Below are positions 63,048-64,000 of a stretch of DNA of 64,000 bases, in pieces. The stretch comes from Octopus vulgaris (Eukaryota), in the NCBI GenBank assembly GCA_951406725.2, contig OX597821.1, positions 82,212,001-82,276,000 on the forward strand. The letters are read 5' to 3'. Each line of letters begins with the position of its first letter. Within the stretch, counting starts at the first letter, position 1. Made by a program: the position numbers and the translations under genes. The notes under the pieces were generated by a model that made no database searches, was not told the DNA's origin, and was given only the letters and a program-made list of their open reading frames with translations.

Positions 63048-63559
63048 CCGCAACCATACAACATCACATGCCACAATAACATCATGGGCAAGCCAATGAG
63101 GAAGCTTGCACATGGTGGAATGGTTTGCTAAAAATAGCAACCAAGTTTCCCTCAAGTCTTTAAAAAGAACATATTGAATGGATACTGTGATATTTGAGTT
63201 CCGTGCATAAAGAAAAAAGTCTTGATAGTCATATCTGGAGCTCCATTAATCATAGGTCTGATTGATCCATCGCCATCACCACCACCACCACCACCACCAC
63301 CACAACACCAGCAATATCATCACCACTAAAACTATCACCACTACAACAACAACAACAACACCATCACAAACATCACCACTAACACCACCAACACCACCAC
63401 CAACACCAACACTACCACCAACACCAACACCACCACCATAGCTATCATACCGCAACACTGCCATTTTACAAACTCTTCACTTCTTGAACAGGGCTGACCT
63501 GGGGTCAACCCAGATCGAGGAGACAGACGCCGATCAAATTTTATGCATATATCATCAGT

Positions 63560-63712
63560 GAAGGTATCTGTGACATAGTTCTGTTGAACAGACAAGTGAC
63601 TATTGATGGAGTAGAAAATGTTATTCAAATTAGCCAAGGCTCTGTCTACAAAATCGTAAACTGCTGTCTTAGCTTTAATAGAGTTTTCTGCAAGATGGAT
63701 CTCAAAACAACA
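63560..63712 (+). pseudogene. mariner transposase remnant (second HTH + WVP linker)
   Basis: NRQVTIDGVENVIQISQGSVYKIV...LSFNR then, after a 1-nt shift, VSARWISKQ, matching DRR.TI..I...L.IS.GSV..I....L...KVSARWVPKQL. Confidence 0.65.
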
Positions 63713-63809
63713 ACAGTAACAGAAACACCATACATTATGCAACTATGCAACATGACTATATTATAACAACACAGATACTACGTGAGTCAAGGGACTTCTA
63801 TATTATCAC

Positions 63810-64000
63810 TCTCAGCTTGTCGCTTGATCTGCTAGAAAGAGTAAGAAATGGTAGCCAAATATCTCTCTCAAATCAGAGCATAAGATTCTTTAAGAAAGCT
63901 AGGAACAATGAACATATTGGGTGATGTAGTTCTAGATATATTAAGTCAGGATAAAAGATAAGATGATTTTGGGACCTGCTTGATCAAGAGTGATCTGGTC
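63810..64000 (+). repeat. old dispersed repeat (family G)
   Basis: CTGCTAGAAA..AGCCAAAT.TC.CTCAAATCA..TTAA.AAAG..ACATATTGG block also seen at about 24611, 28865 and 60120-60300 (minus). Confidence 0.5.

Noticed and set aside
63341-63742. 133-aa minus-strand ORF as a host exon
   Set aside because: Composed of an antisense mariner remnant, a family-G repeat tail and (GGT)n.

Overview
This is AT-rich, extremely repeat-dense eukaryotic DNA with no prokaryotic gene organisation. The abundant (TA)n/(CA)n/(TACA)n/(CAT)n microsatellites, tRNA-derived SINEs and RTE LINE tails are what I would expect of an octopus (coleoid cephalopod) intron or intergenic region; that taxonomy is inference. No host protein-coding exon can be called with confidence, and nearly all ORFs in the track are microsatellite translations. 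The window holds dozens of SINE copies built from a few shared head and tail modules. It also holds RTE LINE 3' fragments, including one young 353-codon open RT frame with a C4HC3 PHD-type finger inserted inside the RT. Other contents are a CR1 fragment, three stacked Dong/R4-type RLE fragments in a (TAA)n array, two Penelope-like remnants, several short elements with minimal hammerhead-ribozyme-like folds, five or six mariner remnants, a hAT derivative and a 150-bp near-perfect palindrome. SINE labels A-G are my own working names. Boundaries of diverged repeats are approximate.
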